A stretch of 64,000 bases of DNA from Thermoplasmata archaeon (lineage in GTDB: Archaea > Thermoplasmatota > Thermoplasmata > Lutacidiplasmatales > UBA184), in contig JAGWLG010000007.1 of assembly GCA_028864975.1 (NCBI GenBank), positions 60,842-124,841 of the forward strand, in the 5' to 3' direction. Made by a program: the position numbers and the translations under genes. Positions 8,707 to 17,959 of this stretch are shown piece after piece (the first letter of the stretch is position 1; every line of letters begins with the position of its first letter). The notes beneath the pieces are model-generated. The model was not told the origin of the DNA and searched no databases. It saw nothing but the letters and a program-made list of their open reading frames with translations.

Positions 8707-9840
8707 CTAGACGTACTGGTTGTCTCTGCGGCAGTACCAGCGGCTGTACTGGGCCACGTACTCGGTCGGCTGTCCACACTTGGTGCAGTTCGGGGCCGGG
8801 CCAGGGGCTCCGCCTGCCGCGGGGGCGGCAGCGGCTGCCGCAGGGGCGGCACCGTACGCAGCGGCCGGACCACCCCAGGAGGCTGCCGCGGGGGCGGCCG
8901 CCGCCATCGGGTGACCGACAGCGCCGGTCGGGCTCAGCATCCCAGACTGTTGGGCCTGGAGGATCTCCTGCACGGTGAACGGGTCCCGGCGGGTCATGAA
9001 CAAGAAGAGGAACCCGACCAGCAGCAGCGCGAAGCCGGCGATGGCCATGTACCAACCAGCCCCCGCGCCCCAGTTACAGGAGACCCCACTGGGAGTCCCT
9101 GAGGGACATGCGTTCCCGAAGAACGAGTTGCAGGGGGAGGTGCCTGCGCAGGACCCCGAGGAGTAGTCGGAAGTGAGCGCACCCGGCTGACCACCAAGCG
9201 CCCACATCGGCGCCGCAATGGCCAGAGCGAGGGCGACAAGGATGAGCAGCCAGGTGAGTAACATCTGGATGCGTCCGAATGACAACGCCAAGGCGCCCAT
9301 GAGCCCGAGGATGGCCGCGATGAAGCCTAGAACGATGGCCCCCGTGAGAAGCCCGCTGACGCCGCCATAGAGGTTCCCGGTGTTCGTCAGCGCGGGGCAG
9401 CCTCCACCGGAGGAGCTGTAGGTACAGGTCAGGGTGCCGGTTGGGCAAGAGCTACCGGAACAGATCTCCTTCCACTCATTCCCCGCAAAGAACTGGATGG
9501 TGTAGGTCACGCCACTTCCGCTTTCGGTGTCAGACCAGAACGGTGTGGCGATCGAAACGATCAACAGGACCGCTCCCACCAGGAGAAGGATCGAGGCGAT
9601 CAACCGCTTCTGGTGCTTGTACCCATGAGGTCGCGGAGGGCGCATCGGGGCCTGGGGCATCGCGTACGGTTGAGGGGCGCCTCCCCATGCGGGGGCCTGC
9701 CCATACGCGGGGGGCTGGGCTCCGTAGCCGGGGGGTGGCTGACCATAGGCCGGCGGCTGCTGGGCGGGATATCCCTGCTGGGGATACCCGGGGGGCGGCG
9801 TTCCTGCGGCTTGCGGCGGGGCTCCCATCTTTCGATTCAC
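8707..9840 (-). CDS. Four-TM membrane protein with Pro/Gln/Tyr-rich N-terminus, Cys-rich external loops and C-terminal zinc ribbon
   Basis: PGYPQQGYPAQQ repeats, four hydrophobic helices, paired Cys in the loops, and C-terminal CTKCGQPTEYVAQYSRWYCRRD. Confidence 0.8.
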   Translation of the reverse strand: MNRKMGAPPQAAGTPPPGYPQQGYPAQQPPAYGQPPPGYGAQPPAYGQAPAWGGAPQPYAMPQAPMRPPRPHGYKHQKRLIASILLLVGAVLLIVSIATPFWSDTESGSGVTYTIQFFAGNEWKEICSGSSCPTGTLTCTYSSSGGGCPALTNTGNLYGGVSGLLTGAIVLGFIAAILGLMGALALSFGRIQMLLTWLLILVALALAIAAPMWALGGQPGALTSDYSSGSCAGTSPCNSFFGNACPSGTPSGVSCNWGAGAGWYMAIAGFALLLVGFLFLFMTRRDPFTVQEILQAQQSGMLSPTGAVGHPMAAAAPAAASWGGPAAAYGAAPAAAAAAPAAGGAPGPAPNCTKCGQPTEYVAQYSRWYCRRDNQYV

Positions 9841-9999
9841 CTTTTTTCGCGACCCGTTGCCGGGTAGCGCTACGGAACGATTGTCGTTCTACACTTGAAC
9901 CTTCCGAATTCGGCGCGGGGACCCTGTCTCCTTTGTGACCCCCCCGTGGACCGACAATCGGATATCCCCCGACCCGGGGTGGAGGGGGGGAGGGTCCGA

Positions 10000-10878
10000 G
10001 TGAACCCCTGGGTTCGTCTCCTGCGTCCGGGGAACGGGGCGATCAGCTTCGTGGGCACGGTCGTGGGGGGTCTTTCGGCGACCGGGCTGCTCGAGGGGAG
10101 GCTCGGAACGGAGATCGGTCCCCTGCTGCTCGCGGGGCTCACCACCTTCCTGGTGGCTTCCGGGGGCAACGTCCTGAACGACTACTTGGACCGGGAAGGG
10201 GACCGGAAGAACCACCCCGACCGCCCGCTCCCGCGAGGGGAGGTCGCCGCGGAGAGCGTCCGAGCCTTCGCGGCAGGGCTCTTCCTCCTCTCGGGGGTCC
10301 CGCTCCTGGGGGTGTTCCTGTGGGGGAAGGCGCCCACGGGGCTCGCGGGCGAGGCGATGCCCGTCGGTGTTTGGCTCGCGGCGGTCCTCCTGCTGCTCGC
10401 CTACGAGCTTCGATGGAAGCCCAGGGGGTTGCTGGGCAACGCGACGGTGGCGGCCCTCACGGGGGCCGTGTTCCTCTTCGGAGCGACGATCGTCGGGGCC
10501 CCGCTCCTCGCCGTCTCGCTGGCCGCGATGGCCTCGCTGGCCACGCTCTCGCGGGAGATCATCAAGGACATGGAAGACGCGGAAGGCGACGTCGACCGCC
10601 ATACCCTTCCCCGTGACCGGGGGATGGCGGTGGCCTCCCTGGCCGCCCGGGGCGCCGTCGTCGCGGCGATCGCCCTATCTCCGATCCCCCTCGTCCTGTG
10701 GCGGCCGCCCCTCCCCGTTCCCGCCGCCATTATCTACCTCACCTTCGTCGCGGCCGCCGACCTCGTGTTCGTGCTCTCCGTCCGTACCCTTCCAAAGGAG
10801 CTCCACCGCGAGCAATCGCTCTCGAAGCTCGCGATGGTCCTGGCCTTGGTGGGGTTCCTGGGGGCGGCCCTACGATGA
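10000..10878 (+). CDS. Digeranylgeranylglyceryl phosphate synthase (DGGGPS, UbiA family)
   Basis: GGNVLNDYLDREGDRKNHPDRPLPRG and REIIKDMEDAEGD Asp-rich motifs, multiple TM helices. GTG start at 10000. Confidence 0.9.
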   Translation: MNPWVRLLRPGNGAISFVGTVVGGLSATGLLEGRLGTEIGPLLLAGLTTFLVASGGNVLNDYLDREGDRKNHPDRPLPRGEVAAESVRAFAAGLFLLSGVPLLGVFLWGKAPTGLAGEAMPVGVWLAAVLLLLAYELRWKPRGLLGNATVAALTGAVFLFGATIVGAPLLAVSLAAMASLATLSREIIKDMEDAEGDVDRHTLPRDRGMAVASLAARGAVVAAIALSPIPLVLWRPPLPVPAAIIYLTFVAAADLVFVLSVRTLPKELHREQSLSKLAMVLALVGFLGAALR

Positions 10879-11669
10879 GCCCGACAACGCGCCCCGCCCC
10901 GCCGGCGCGAAGGTTCCAGGGTCCCGTGCTCCCTTGGCTCCTCGACCATGTCAGGGCGGGTCCGGTCCACTTCACGCTCATCGACCCCGACAAGACCCCA
11001 GGGGCGAAGGCGGGGGAAGCGGCCGCCCGCGCTGAGTCCCTCGGGACCGACGTGGTCATGCTCGGGGGTTCGACCGGGATCACCCCCGACCGAATGGGGC
11101 AAGCCGCCCGCGCGGTCCACGAACGGACGACGCGGCCCGTGGTGATCTTCCCGCAGGGACCGGACTCGTTGACGGGGGAGGCCGACGCGCTCCTGTTCAT
11201 GAGCCTCCTCAATTCGCGCGACCTACGGATGGTCGTTCGGGCGCAGGCTGCAACCTCGCTCAAGGTCCGCTCGCTCCACCTCGAGCCGATCCCGATGGGG
11301 TATCTGGTCGTCGCCCCGGGCATGAAGGTGGGGGAGGTCGGCAGCGCGGACTGCCTCGCTCGGAACGATCCCAAGGCTGCCGCGGCCTGGGCGCTGGCGG
11401 CCGAGTACCTCGGGATGCGCCTCGTCTACCTGGAGGCCGGCTCCGGCGCCCCGTCGCCCGTCCCGATCGAGCTGGTCAGGGCCGTGCGGCAGGTCCTGAG
11501 CGTGCCCCTCATCGTCGGGGGTGGGATCCGCAGTGCCGAGCACGCTCGGGCGTTGCTCGACGCGGGAGCCCAGGTCCTGGTGACCGGGACGATCCTCGAG
11601 GAAGGGGGGGAGGGCGCCCTTGGACCTATCCTCCGAGAGGTGAAGGACGCCCGTGGTCGGCGGACGTAA
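10875..11669 (+). CDS. Geranylgeranylglyceryl phosphate synthase (GGGPS)
   Basis: HFTLIDPDK, GGSTG, FMSLLNS, YLEAGSGA and VGGGIR motifs. ATGA overlap with the DGGGPS stop. Confidence 0.93.
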   Translation: MSPTTRPAPPARRFQGPVLPWLLDHVRAGPVHFTLIDPDKTPGAKAGEAAARAESLGTDVVMLGGSTGITPDRMGQAARAVHERTTRPVVIFPQGPDSLTGEADALLFMSLLNSRDLRMVVRAQAATSLKVRSLHLEPIPMGYLVVAPGMKVGEVGSADCLARNDPKAAAAWALAAEYLGMRLVYLEAGSGAPSPVPIELVRAVRQVLSVPLIVGGGIRSAEHARALLDAGAQVLVTGTILEEGGEGALGPILREVKDARGRRT

Positions 11670-13542
11670 GGTCGCCGAGCGGGGGGAGGCGACCGGGTCC
11701 CCGGTCACCCAGGCCGAGGGGGCCGTCTATCGTCCGCATGAACGGACGAGCCGCCTGCGCTTCGCCTCGCCCCGGGGGGAGGTCTCCGCGCTGGGGATCG
11801 TCCTGGTCTCCTTGCTGCTCCCCCTCCTCGCGTTCTTCCCCAACTTCGACCAGCTCCCTGCGTGGCCCGGGGCGCCGGGTTGGTGGGGTCGCTACGCGGT
11901 GGGTGTCCTCATCTTCCTCGTTCCCGGCATCGTGGGGACCCTGGCGACGACTCCCCTCGCCGTGCTCTTCGGCGGTCGGTTCCGCACCCGGCGCGCTCTC
12001 CTGCTCGGCCTCTCGGGCTTCCTGATCGTGTTCGGCGTTCTCTTGCTCTGGCGGCTCCTCACGCTCGTCGCCGGACCCTTCAGCGTCGAGGGGCCGCTCC
12101 TGTTGGGATTCGGCCTCATGCTGTGGATCCGCCAGCTGACGCTCGTCGGCGTCTCCCACCGGGTCCACGTCCGGTCGCTTCCCGCCGCGCTCGTCCAGCC
12201 GCTGCTGGGGTACGTCATGGTCTGGGCCACGCTCGGTTGGAGGCTCAACTCGCTGGTCGAAGGGGTTTTCTTTCTCCTCCTCGCGCTGGGCGGGGCGGCC
12301 TCTCTGGTGACCGCGACGGACCGCCCGATGGTGAGGGAGTTCGGGCAAGGAGGGACCTCGCTGCTCCGGCCACTCATGGAGCACATGAGCGACCGCGACC
12401 CGGCCGCCTCCTCCCAGATGGAGGCCTTCTTTGAGGGGGTCTCGACGAAGGGCGACCTTCACTTGTCCGCCCTGGTCTTCCGGGACGGGACTCGCGTTCG
12501 TGTTGCCGTTCTCGCGCCCTCGGTCCATCCCGGGCCCTTCGCGGAGCTCGGATCGAGCGACCTGCCAAGGAAGCTCGCGAAGTCCCTTCGGGGACGGCAC
12601 GCCGACGAGGTCATGGTTCCGCACTCCCCTTCTACGCATGCCCAGGACATCCCCACGACTCCGGAGCTCCAGAAGGTCGTGGAGAAGGTCCAGGAGCTCA
12701 TCGCGGCAGCCTCGCCCGCGCCGACACGGGTCTCTCCCCTGGTCTCCCCGCACCCGGGTTCGCTGGCCCGAGCGCAGGTGCTGGGGGACAGCGTGCTGCT
12801 CCTCCTGACGCAGGCTCCGGAACCGACGGACGATATCGACTACGCCCTCTCGGAGCTCGTGCGGGAGGACGCACGGCGCCTGGGCTTTTCTCACGCGATC
12901 GTCCTCGACGCCCACAACTCCTTCGTGGAGAACCGCGGGGAGATCCCCTTCGGTTCTCCCGAGGGCTTCCGCCTGCTCGCGGACGCCAAGGCCGCGATGG
13001 TCGCGGCCCGGGACCAAGCGGTCGGAGGAGAGCTACGGGTCGGGTTCGCGCAAGAGCGCGAGTTCAATCCTGAGGACCACGGCATGGGGCCCGAGGGCCT
13101 CTCCGTCCTGGTCATCGAGGGAGCAGGGACCCGCACGGCCTACGCGCTCTTCGACGCGAACAACCTGGAGCGCGGGATGCGCGACCCGTTGGTGAGAGCG
13201 CTCGAGAAGGCGGTCGGTGGAGCTGGAGAAGTGATGACGACCGATAACCACGTGGTCCACGAGGTCCAAGGGGGGACCAACACCCTGGGTATGCGCCGGT
13301 CGCTCCAGGACCTCTCGCGCGACCTGGAACGGGTGGCGAAGCGCGCGGTCGCGAACCTGGCGCCTGCAAGGGTCGGAGCGTCCGAGGAGGTCCTCCGAGG
13401 AGTGAAGGTGCTCGGCCCGGGGGTCACCACACGATTGATGACCGCCCTCGCGGACTCCTTCGCCATCTTCTGGCTCTTCTTCCTCTCCACCATCGCCCTC
13501 GCGGCGCTTGCGGGGGCGCTCCTTCTCGCGTTCCTGAAGTGA
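11653..13542 (+). CDS. DUF2070 (COG3356-like) membrane protein with putative metallohydrolase domain
   Basis: About 6 N-terminal TMs, a soluble domain with VHPGPF, PHSPSTHAQD, DAHN and TTDNH, and a C-terminal TM. Confidence 0.8.
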   Translation: MVGGRKVAERGEATGSPVTQAEGAVYRPHERTSRLRFASPRGEVSALGIVLVSLLLPLLAFFPNFDQLPAWPGAPGWWGRYAVGVLIFLVPGIVGTLATTPLAVLFGGRFRTRRALLLGLSGFLIVFGVLLLWRLLTLVAGPFSVEGPLLLGFGLMLWIRQLTLVGVSHRVHVRSLPAALVQPLLGYVMVWATLGWRLNSLVEGVFFLLLALGGAASLVTATDRPMVREFGQGGTSLLRPLMEHMSDRDPAASSQMEAFFEGVSTKGDLHLSALVFRDGTRVRVAVLAPSVHPGPFAELGSSDLPRKLAKSLRGRHADEVMVPHSPSTHAQDIPTTPELQKVVEKVQELIAAASPAPTRVSPLVSPHPGSLARAQVLGDSVLLLLTQAPEPTDDIDYALSELVREDARRLGFSHAIVLDAHNSFVENRGEIPFGSPEGFRLLADAKAAMVAARDQAVGGELRVGFAQEREFNPEDHGMGPEGLSVLVIEGAGTRTAYALFDANNLERGMRDPLVRALEKAVGGAGEVMTTDNHVVHEVQGGTNTLGMRRSLQDLSRDLERVAKRAVANLAPARVGASEEVLRGVKVLGPGVTTRLMTALADSFAIFWLFFLSTIALAALAGALLLAFLK

Positions 13543-13577
13543 TCCGGGGCGCCCCCCGCCCGGAGGTCGCTTCGGAG

Positions 13578-15245
13578 CTATGCCGTCGGAGCGGCCGCCG
13601 CTGTCCAGGTCGAGAGGAGGCGTTCCGCCTCGGCTCGGTCCCCCTCGGGGACCGGCGTCCCTTTCGCCGATGCGAGCGACCTCTCGGCATCTCCTTTCTT
13701 GCCCGCGGCCGACTGGACGCTGGCCAAGAAGAGGAAGGCCCGTACCCGGTCGAGCCCCACGGACTTGACCGAGGCCTGATGCCAGAGGTTCTCGGCGGCG
13801 TGCAGGTTCCCCATCAGCCGCCACCCCTCGCCTTCCTTGACCATCCAAGCCCCCACCTCAGGGTCGGCGGCGGGCAGGAGGGGCAGCAGCTCCTGTCCCC
13901 ATCGAGCGTACCGGACCACCTCGGTCCCTTCCTCTCGGGCGATCGCACGGTCCAAGGCCTTGCGGACCCAGGGGAGCCCCTCCTTCGCGGCGCGCGCGTC
14001 GAAGAAGTGTAGGGCGATGAGCTCCACACGATCCGGTCGGGTCGCGGCGAGATGCTCGGCCGCCCGGCGATGGTAGCGGCGCAAGGCGGTACCGGGCGCC
14101 TCCTCCCGGACCACGCGGGGGACGAAGGAGTTCTCGAAGCCCCAGAGCCCGGGTCGGATCCGTTCCACGAGCCCGTGGTAGCGCGAGAGCTCCTCGAGCT
14201 GATCCCCACCGGGGGCATGGGCGGGGGAGATCAGGGCGTCCACCTCTTCGGAAGTGAAGTCGCTGCCCAGCACGACCGCGGCCTCGAGCAACGCGCGGTC
14301 CGCCTCCATCATGCGCGCGAGACGACGCTCGATGGGCCGTCGGATGACCGTGGGGACCTGGCTCGAGGCCGACGACCGGGTCCGGGGCCCCTCCATGATC
14401 TCCGCGACCGAGCGGCGTTCCCGTTGGCGCGCACGGAGCAGCTCGAGCACGAAGAGCGGGTTCCCCTCGGCCGTCGCGAAGAGCTGCTGCAGCTCGGGGG
14501 TCGTCGGAGCGACCTCGTGCGAACGAAGGGAACGGACGAGGGTGGGGGCGGTCTCGGCCCCAAGGGGCTCGAGCTTCTCCCGTTGGGCCTCGACCTTCGC
14601 GAGCGTTTGGGGCGCGGATGGGTCCGGGGTCGCGTCTCCCAGCGTCGAGGTGGGCCCCGCGTTCGTGGGCCGTGATGAGAGCGTACGGTTCTCGGAGAGT
14701 TCCGGAGCGTACGCGCCGAGGACCAGGAGGGGTCGCTCGGAGATCCCCGCCCCCAGGAGCTTGAGGACCGCTAGGGTCCCAGGGTCAGCCCACTGGAGGT
14801 CATCAAGGAGAATGACTGGGACCCCTCCGAGCTTGGCGGGGTCAAGGGCCGCAAGACATCCGCTCGCGACCACGGTGGCCGGGGATTCCTCGAGCGTGCG
14901 GCCGCGGGGGAGAGGGATCGGGGAACTCCTGCCTGGATCGGTCGCCGCTGCGGCCCCCTCGGCGGCAGCTTCCTTCGGCCGGGTCAAGGCGGAGAACGCC
15001 TGCCGGAACGGGCGGTACGGCTCGCACGACACCTCGGGGCAACTGCCCCACAGCACCCGGTAGCCTCGGCTACGGGAAAGCTCGGCGCAGGCCCGGAGAA
15101 GTCGGGTCTTGCCGATGCCTTGAGGCCCTGCCCAGAGGATGATGCGGCCTTTCCGCTCCTTCGCCTCTTCGAGCGCCCTGATCACGATCGCCCGCTCGCG
15201 GGCACGACCCAGCAGGGGCCCAGAAGTGTTGGTCGCGTAGGCCAC
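13578..15245 (-). CDS. STAND-type (AAA_16/MalT-like) ATPase with short TPR-like tail
   Basis: LLGRARE, Walker A GPQGIGKT, Walker B ILLDDLQWAD, GNPLFVLEL, helical C-terminus. Confidence 0.85.
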   Translation of the reverse strand: MAYATNTSGPLLGRARERAIVIRALEEAKERKGRIILWAGPQGIGKTRLLRACAELSRSRGYRVLWGSCPEVSCEPYRPFRQAFSALTRPKEAAAEGAAAATDPGRSSPIPLPRGRTLEESPATVVASGCLAALDPAKLGGVPVILLDDLQWADPGTLAVLKLLGAGISERPLLVLGAYAPELSENRTLSSRPTNAGPTSTLGDATPDPSAPQTLAKVEAQREKLEPLGAETAPTLVRSLRSHEVAPTTPELQQLFATAEGNPLFVLELLRARQRERRSVAEIMEGPRTRSSASSQVPTVIRRPIERRLARMMEADRALLEAAVVLGSDFTSEEVDALISPAHAPGGDQLEELSRYHGLVERIRPGLWGFENSFVPRVVREEAPGTALRRYHRRAAEHLAATRPDRVELIALHFFDARAAKEGLPWVRKALDRAIAREEGTEVVRYARWGQELLPLLPAADPEVGAWMVKEGEGWRLMGNLHAAENLWHQASVKSVGLDRVRAFLFLASVQSAAGKKGDAERSLASAKGTPVPEGDRAEAERLLSTWTAAAAPTA

Positions 15246-15355
15246 GAAGGTGGCAGATGCCCACGCGCATAAGCCGATGCCTCGGCCCGAGGGGGTCGTC
15301 GGGGTGGTCCTCCCTCGACCTTATCTCTCCCCTCCCTCTACATTTCGGCGGTCGA

Positions 15356-16303
15356 ATGCCCCTCTTCAAGTCCCCGGAGGAGCAGCTCCAGGAAGGGAAC
15401 GACCGGGTCCTTCGAGGAGACTTCACGGGCGCCCAACGCTCGTTCCTGAGCGCGGCCGAAGGCTTCGGGAAGAAGGGACGCACGGGCGAGGCCCAGTTCG
15501 CACAGACCTTCGCGGTCCTGATGGGCCTCGCCGTCCCTCAAGCAGGGGCGCAGGACTACCAGCGCGTGGCCGAGGCCCTGGCCCCGCTCGGGAGTGCTCC
15601 CATCAAGCTCGGCACGCGGTCGGTCTCGGCCGCCGACCTGCGGAGGGAGGCGGAGCTCGCCCGAGAAGAGAAGGACGTCCTCGCCTCGGGCCCCCGGACC
15701 CCCGAGGCGCACGAGCAGGCGGGGGCCCGCCTCCAGGCCCTCTCCCTCGCCTACCGGCAGCTGGGGAACCAGGTCCTGGTGCTTCCTGAGCTCTTCCGTC
15801 GTGGGGCGGTTCCCGCATCCTCGAAGGCCCCCGTGCTCGCCGCGCTGGCGGAGGAGGAGTTCGGCGAGTCCGAGGTCACCCGGGACCCGAAGCGGGCCGC
15901 CGAGCACAACCAGAACGCCCGCAACTGGTGGATGCAGGCGGGGGAGTCCGCTCGGGCGGAGGCCGCGGGTCAGCGGGTCCAGCGCTACGGTCGCGCCGTG
16001 AGATGCTGGTTCTGCGGCCGCGAGGCCGCCGGCGACGGGATCAACTTCCGTGGATTGTCGAGCGACATCGCGGGCTTCGAGCATGAGGACGGGGGAGGAG
16101 GCGCGCTGCAGGACAGCGACGCGTCGAGAGGCATCGTCTACGCCTGCCGTCCGTGTGCGTCGACGGTCGAGCGGTTAGCGGACGAAAAGGCGCAGGCACG
16201 GACGAAGGAGATCGAGGACCGGGTGAACCGCATGCTCGCGCAGATGCGGCAGAAAGCGGGCCCGATGGGCCAGCAGTGGATCCCCGCCAGCCTGCCGCCG
16301 TGA
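15356..16303 (+). CDS. Hypothetical helical-repeat protein with C-terminal zinc finger
   Basis: Helical TPR-like N-terminal part with CWFC...CRPC. Start trimmed to MPLFKSPEEQLQ. Confidence 0.75.
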   Translation: MPLFKSPEEQLQEGNDRVLRGDFTGAQRSFLSAAEGFGKKGRTGEAQFAQTFAVLMGLAVPQAGAQDYQRVAEALAPLGSAPIKLGTRSVSAADLRREAELAREEKDVLASGPRTPEAHEQAGARLQALSLAYRQLGNQVLVLPELFRRGAVPASSKAPVLAALAEEEFGESEVTRDPKRAAEHNQNARNWWMQAGESARAEAAGQRVQRYGRAVRCWFCGREAAGDGINFRGLSSDIAGFEHEDGGGGALQDSDASRGIVYACRPCASTVERLADEKAQARTKEIEDRVNRMLAQMRQKAGPMGQQWIPASLPP

Positions 16304-16322
16304 GGGTCCGCCGAGGTCGTGG

Positions 16323-17903
16323 ATGCGCGCGTCACAGCTCATCGAGACCAAGGCCCTCCGCTGCTCCTCGTGCGGGGCCCCGCTCCGGGACCCCACGGGC
16401 GACCTGGTCTCCTGCGACCACTGCGGAACGGTCCAGAAGTTGGTCGATGCCCGGGCCTTCCTGGACCAGATCATGCTCCAGGTGAACGCCTTCGTCCGTC
16501 AGGCGCTCCCGCTCGGGCTCGACGCCTCGTCCTCGACCACGATCGACCCGGTCGCGCGGCACAACCTCTGGGTCTCGAGCGTGGGGCCCCGCCTGTCGAC
16601 GGAGTACGGGGAGTACCGTTTCCGGATCTACAACCTCCTCTCCCACACGATGACGACGCTCCCGTTCACCCTCGCCATGGACCTTCCCCCGGGAGGGGAC
16701 CCGAAGGAGGCCTTCCTGTTCCAGGCGAAGGTCCAGTCCGTCGCTTCGCTCGCCGTGGACGAGGCGAGCCGCGCCACGGTCGCCGAGTCGGCGGGCCTCG
16801 CCGTCGCGTACGCCTACGCGCTCAACAACGCTGCCCTGCTCAAGGGGACGAAGCCCGAGCGCTACCACCTCATGGGCCAGAACTTCGCCGACGCGGCGCT
16901 GGCGCTCCACGGGATCCCTCGCTTCTCCTCGCTGGAGGCGCGGTTCCTCGGGCTCTCGAGGCTCTCGGACGCGATCGACCAGCTCTCGCAGGCGGACGTG
17001 CCCGAGGCCCGGGCGGCCCTCGAGGAGGCGCTGCCCCACCTTTCGCGCGCCAAGGAGGGGATGACCAAGGACTTCGACCTCGCGGTGATGCTCCAAGCCG
17101 TGGACGAGGAGATCTCCCTGACGCGGGCCGCCGGGTCCATGACCGAGGCCGTCGCGTTGGACCCACGTGGGCTCTCCGCTGGCTCCTTGGGGGCGTTCCA
17201 GGGGATCCTTCAGCTCCTCGTTCAACACCGCTCCCAGGCCCCTCCGCTCTGGCAACGCACGTTCCGGGCGGGCGACCGTCAGGAGAAGGTCCTCGCGATG
17301 ACCTTGGACGCTCGCAGGGCCCAGGCGAACTCCTCGACGGTGAAGGTCGCCCCCCTCCCCGGACCCATGGCCGTCCCGTTCTGGGTGGTCGAAGCCCCCT
17401 ACTCGTTCCAGACGGGAGCCGCGTGGAGAAAGCATGCGGTGGAGGTCCCCGAGAGGCTCCTTATCGCCGCCTCCTTCCCCCTGGACGCGGGCGCGATGAG
17501 CGGCCAGGACGTAGCGGCGGTGCTCACCGACGTCTTCTCGGCCCGTCAGCGCTCCGGCCTGATGCAACGCCTCGGAGGGAAGGAGACCTCCATCAGCGAG
17601 GGCGGTCCGGTTCAGGGGCTCCTGCGGGCCTCCACGCCCCGGCCGCTCGCCGGCATGCGGGTCGTGCCTCCGCTCTCCACCCCCGAGGATGCGCTGGTCC
17701 TGGCCCAGACCTACATCGATACCTCGCGTCGGACCGACCCGACCCTCGAGAAGCAGCTCAAGCTCTCCTCCCCGCGTATCGTCGATCTGGTCTACGTCCC
17801 GGTCGGCCCGGTCCCTCCTGGGTACCCGCTCATCCCTCCCTTGGGCCCCCTCTCACCGAGGTCCGTGGGGGACCCCTCGGCCCTAGCCCGCGTGGCCCTC
17901 TGA
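16323..17903 (+). CDS. Hypothetical protein with N-terminal zinc ribbon
   Basis: CSSCGAP...CDHCGT, long helical middle, alpha/beta C-terminal domain. Confidence 0.8.
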   Translation: MRASQLIETKALRCSSCGAPLRDPTGDLVSCDHCGTVQKLVDARAFLDQIMLQVNAFVRQALPLGLDASSSTTIDPVARHNLWVSSVGPRLSTEYGEYRFRIYNLLSHTMTTLPFTLAMDLPPGGDPKEAFLFQAKVQSVASLAVDEASRATVAESAGLAVAYAYALNNAALLKGTKPERYHLMGQNFADAALALHGIPRFSSLEARFLGLSRLSDAIDQLSQADVPEARAALEEALPHLSRAKEGMTKDFDLAVMLQAVDEEISLTRAAGSMTEAVALDPRGLSAGSLGAFQGILQLLVQHRSQAPPLWQRTFRAGDRQEKVLAMTLDARRAQANSSTVKVAPLPGPMAVPFWVVEAPYSFQTGAAWRKHAVEVPERLLIAASFPLDAGAMSGQDVAAVLTDVFSARQRSGLMQRLGGKETSISEGGPVQGLLRASTPRPLAGMRVVPPLSTPEDALVLAQTYIDTSRRTDPTLEKQLKLSSPRIVDLVYVPVGPVPPGYPLIPPLGPLSPRSVGDPSALARVAL

Positions 17904-17959
17904 ACGCCCTCGCCCCAAGCCTCAAGACCGCCCCGCGATGGGGGGGAGAGGGATCCTCG

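Noticed and set aside
16319-17959. N-terminal 547 aa of the 1104-aa track ORF
   Set aside because: Alternative frame of the 16323-17903 gene. M20 motifs begin only after about 17960, so this is not a true fusion.
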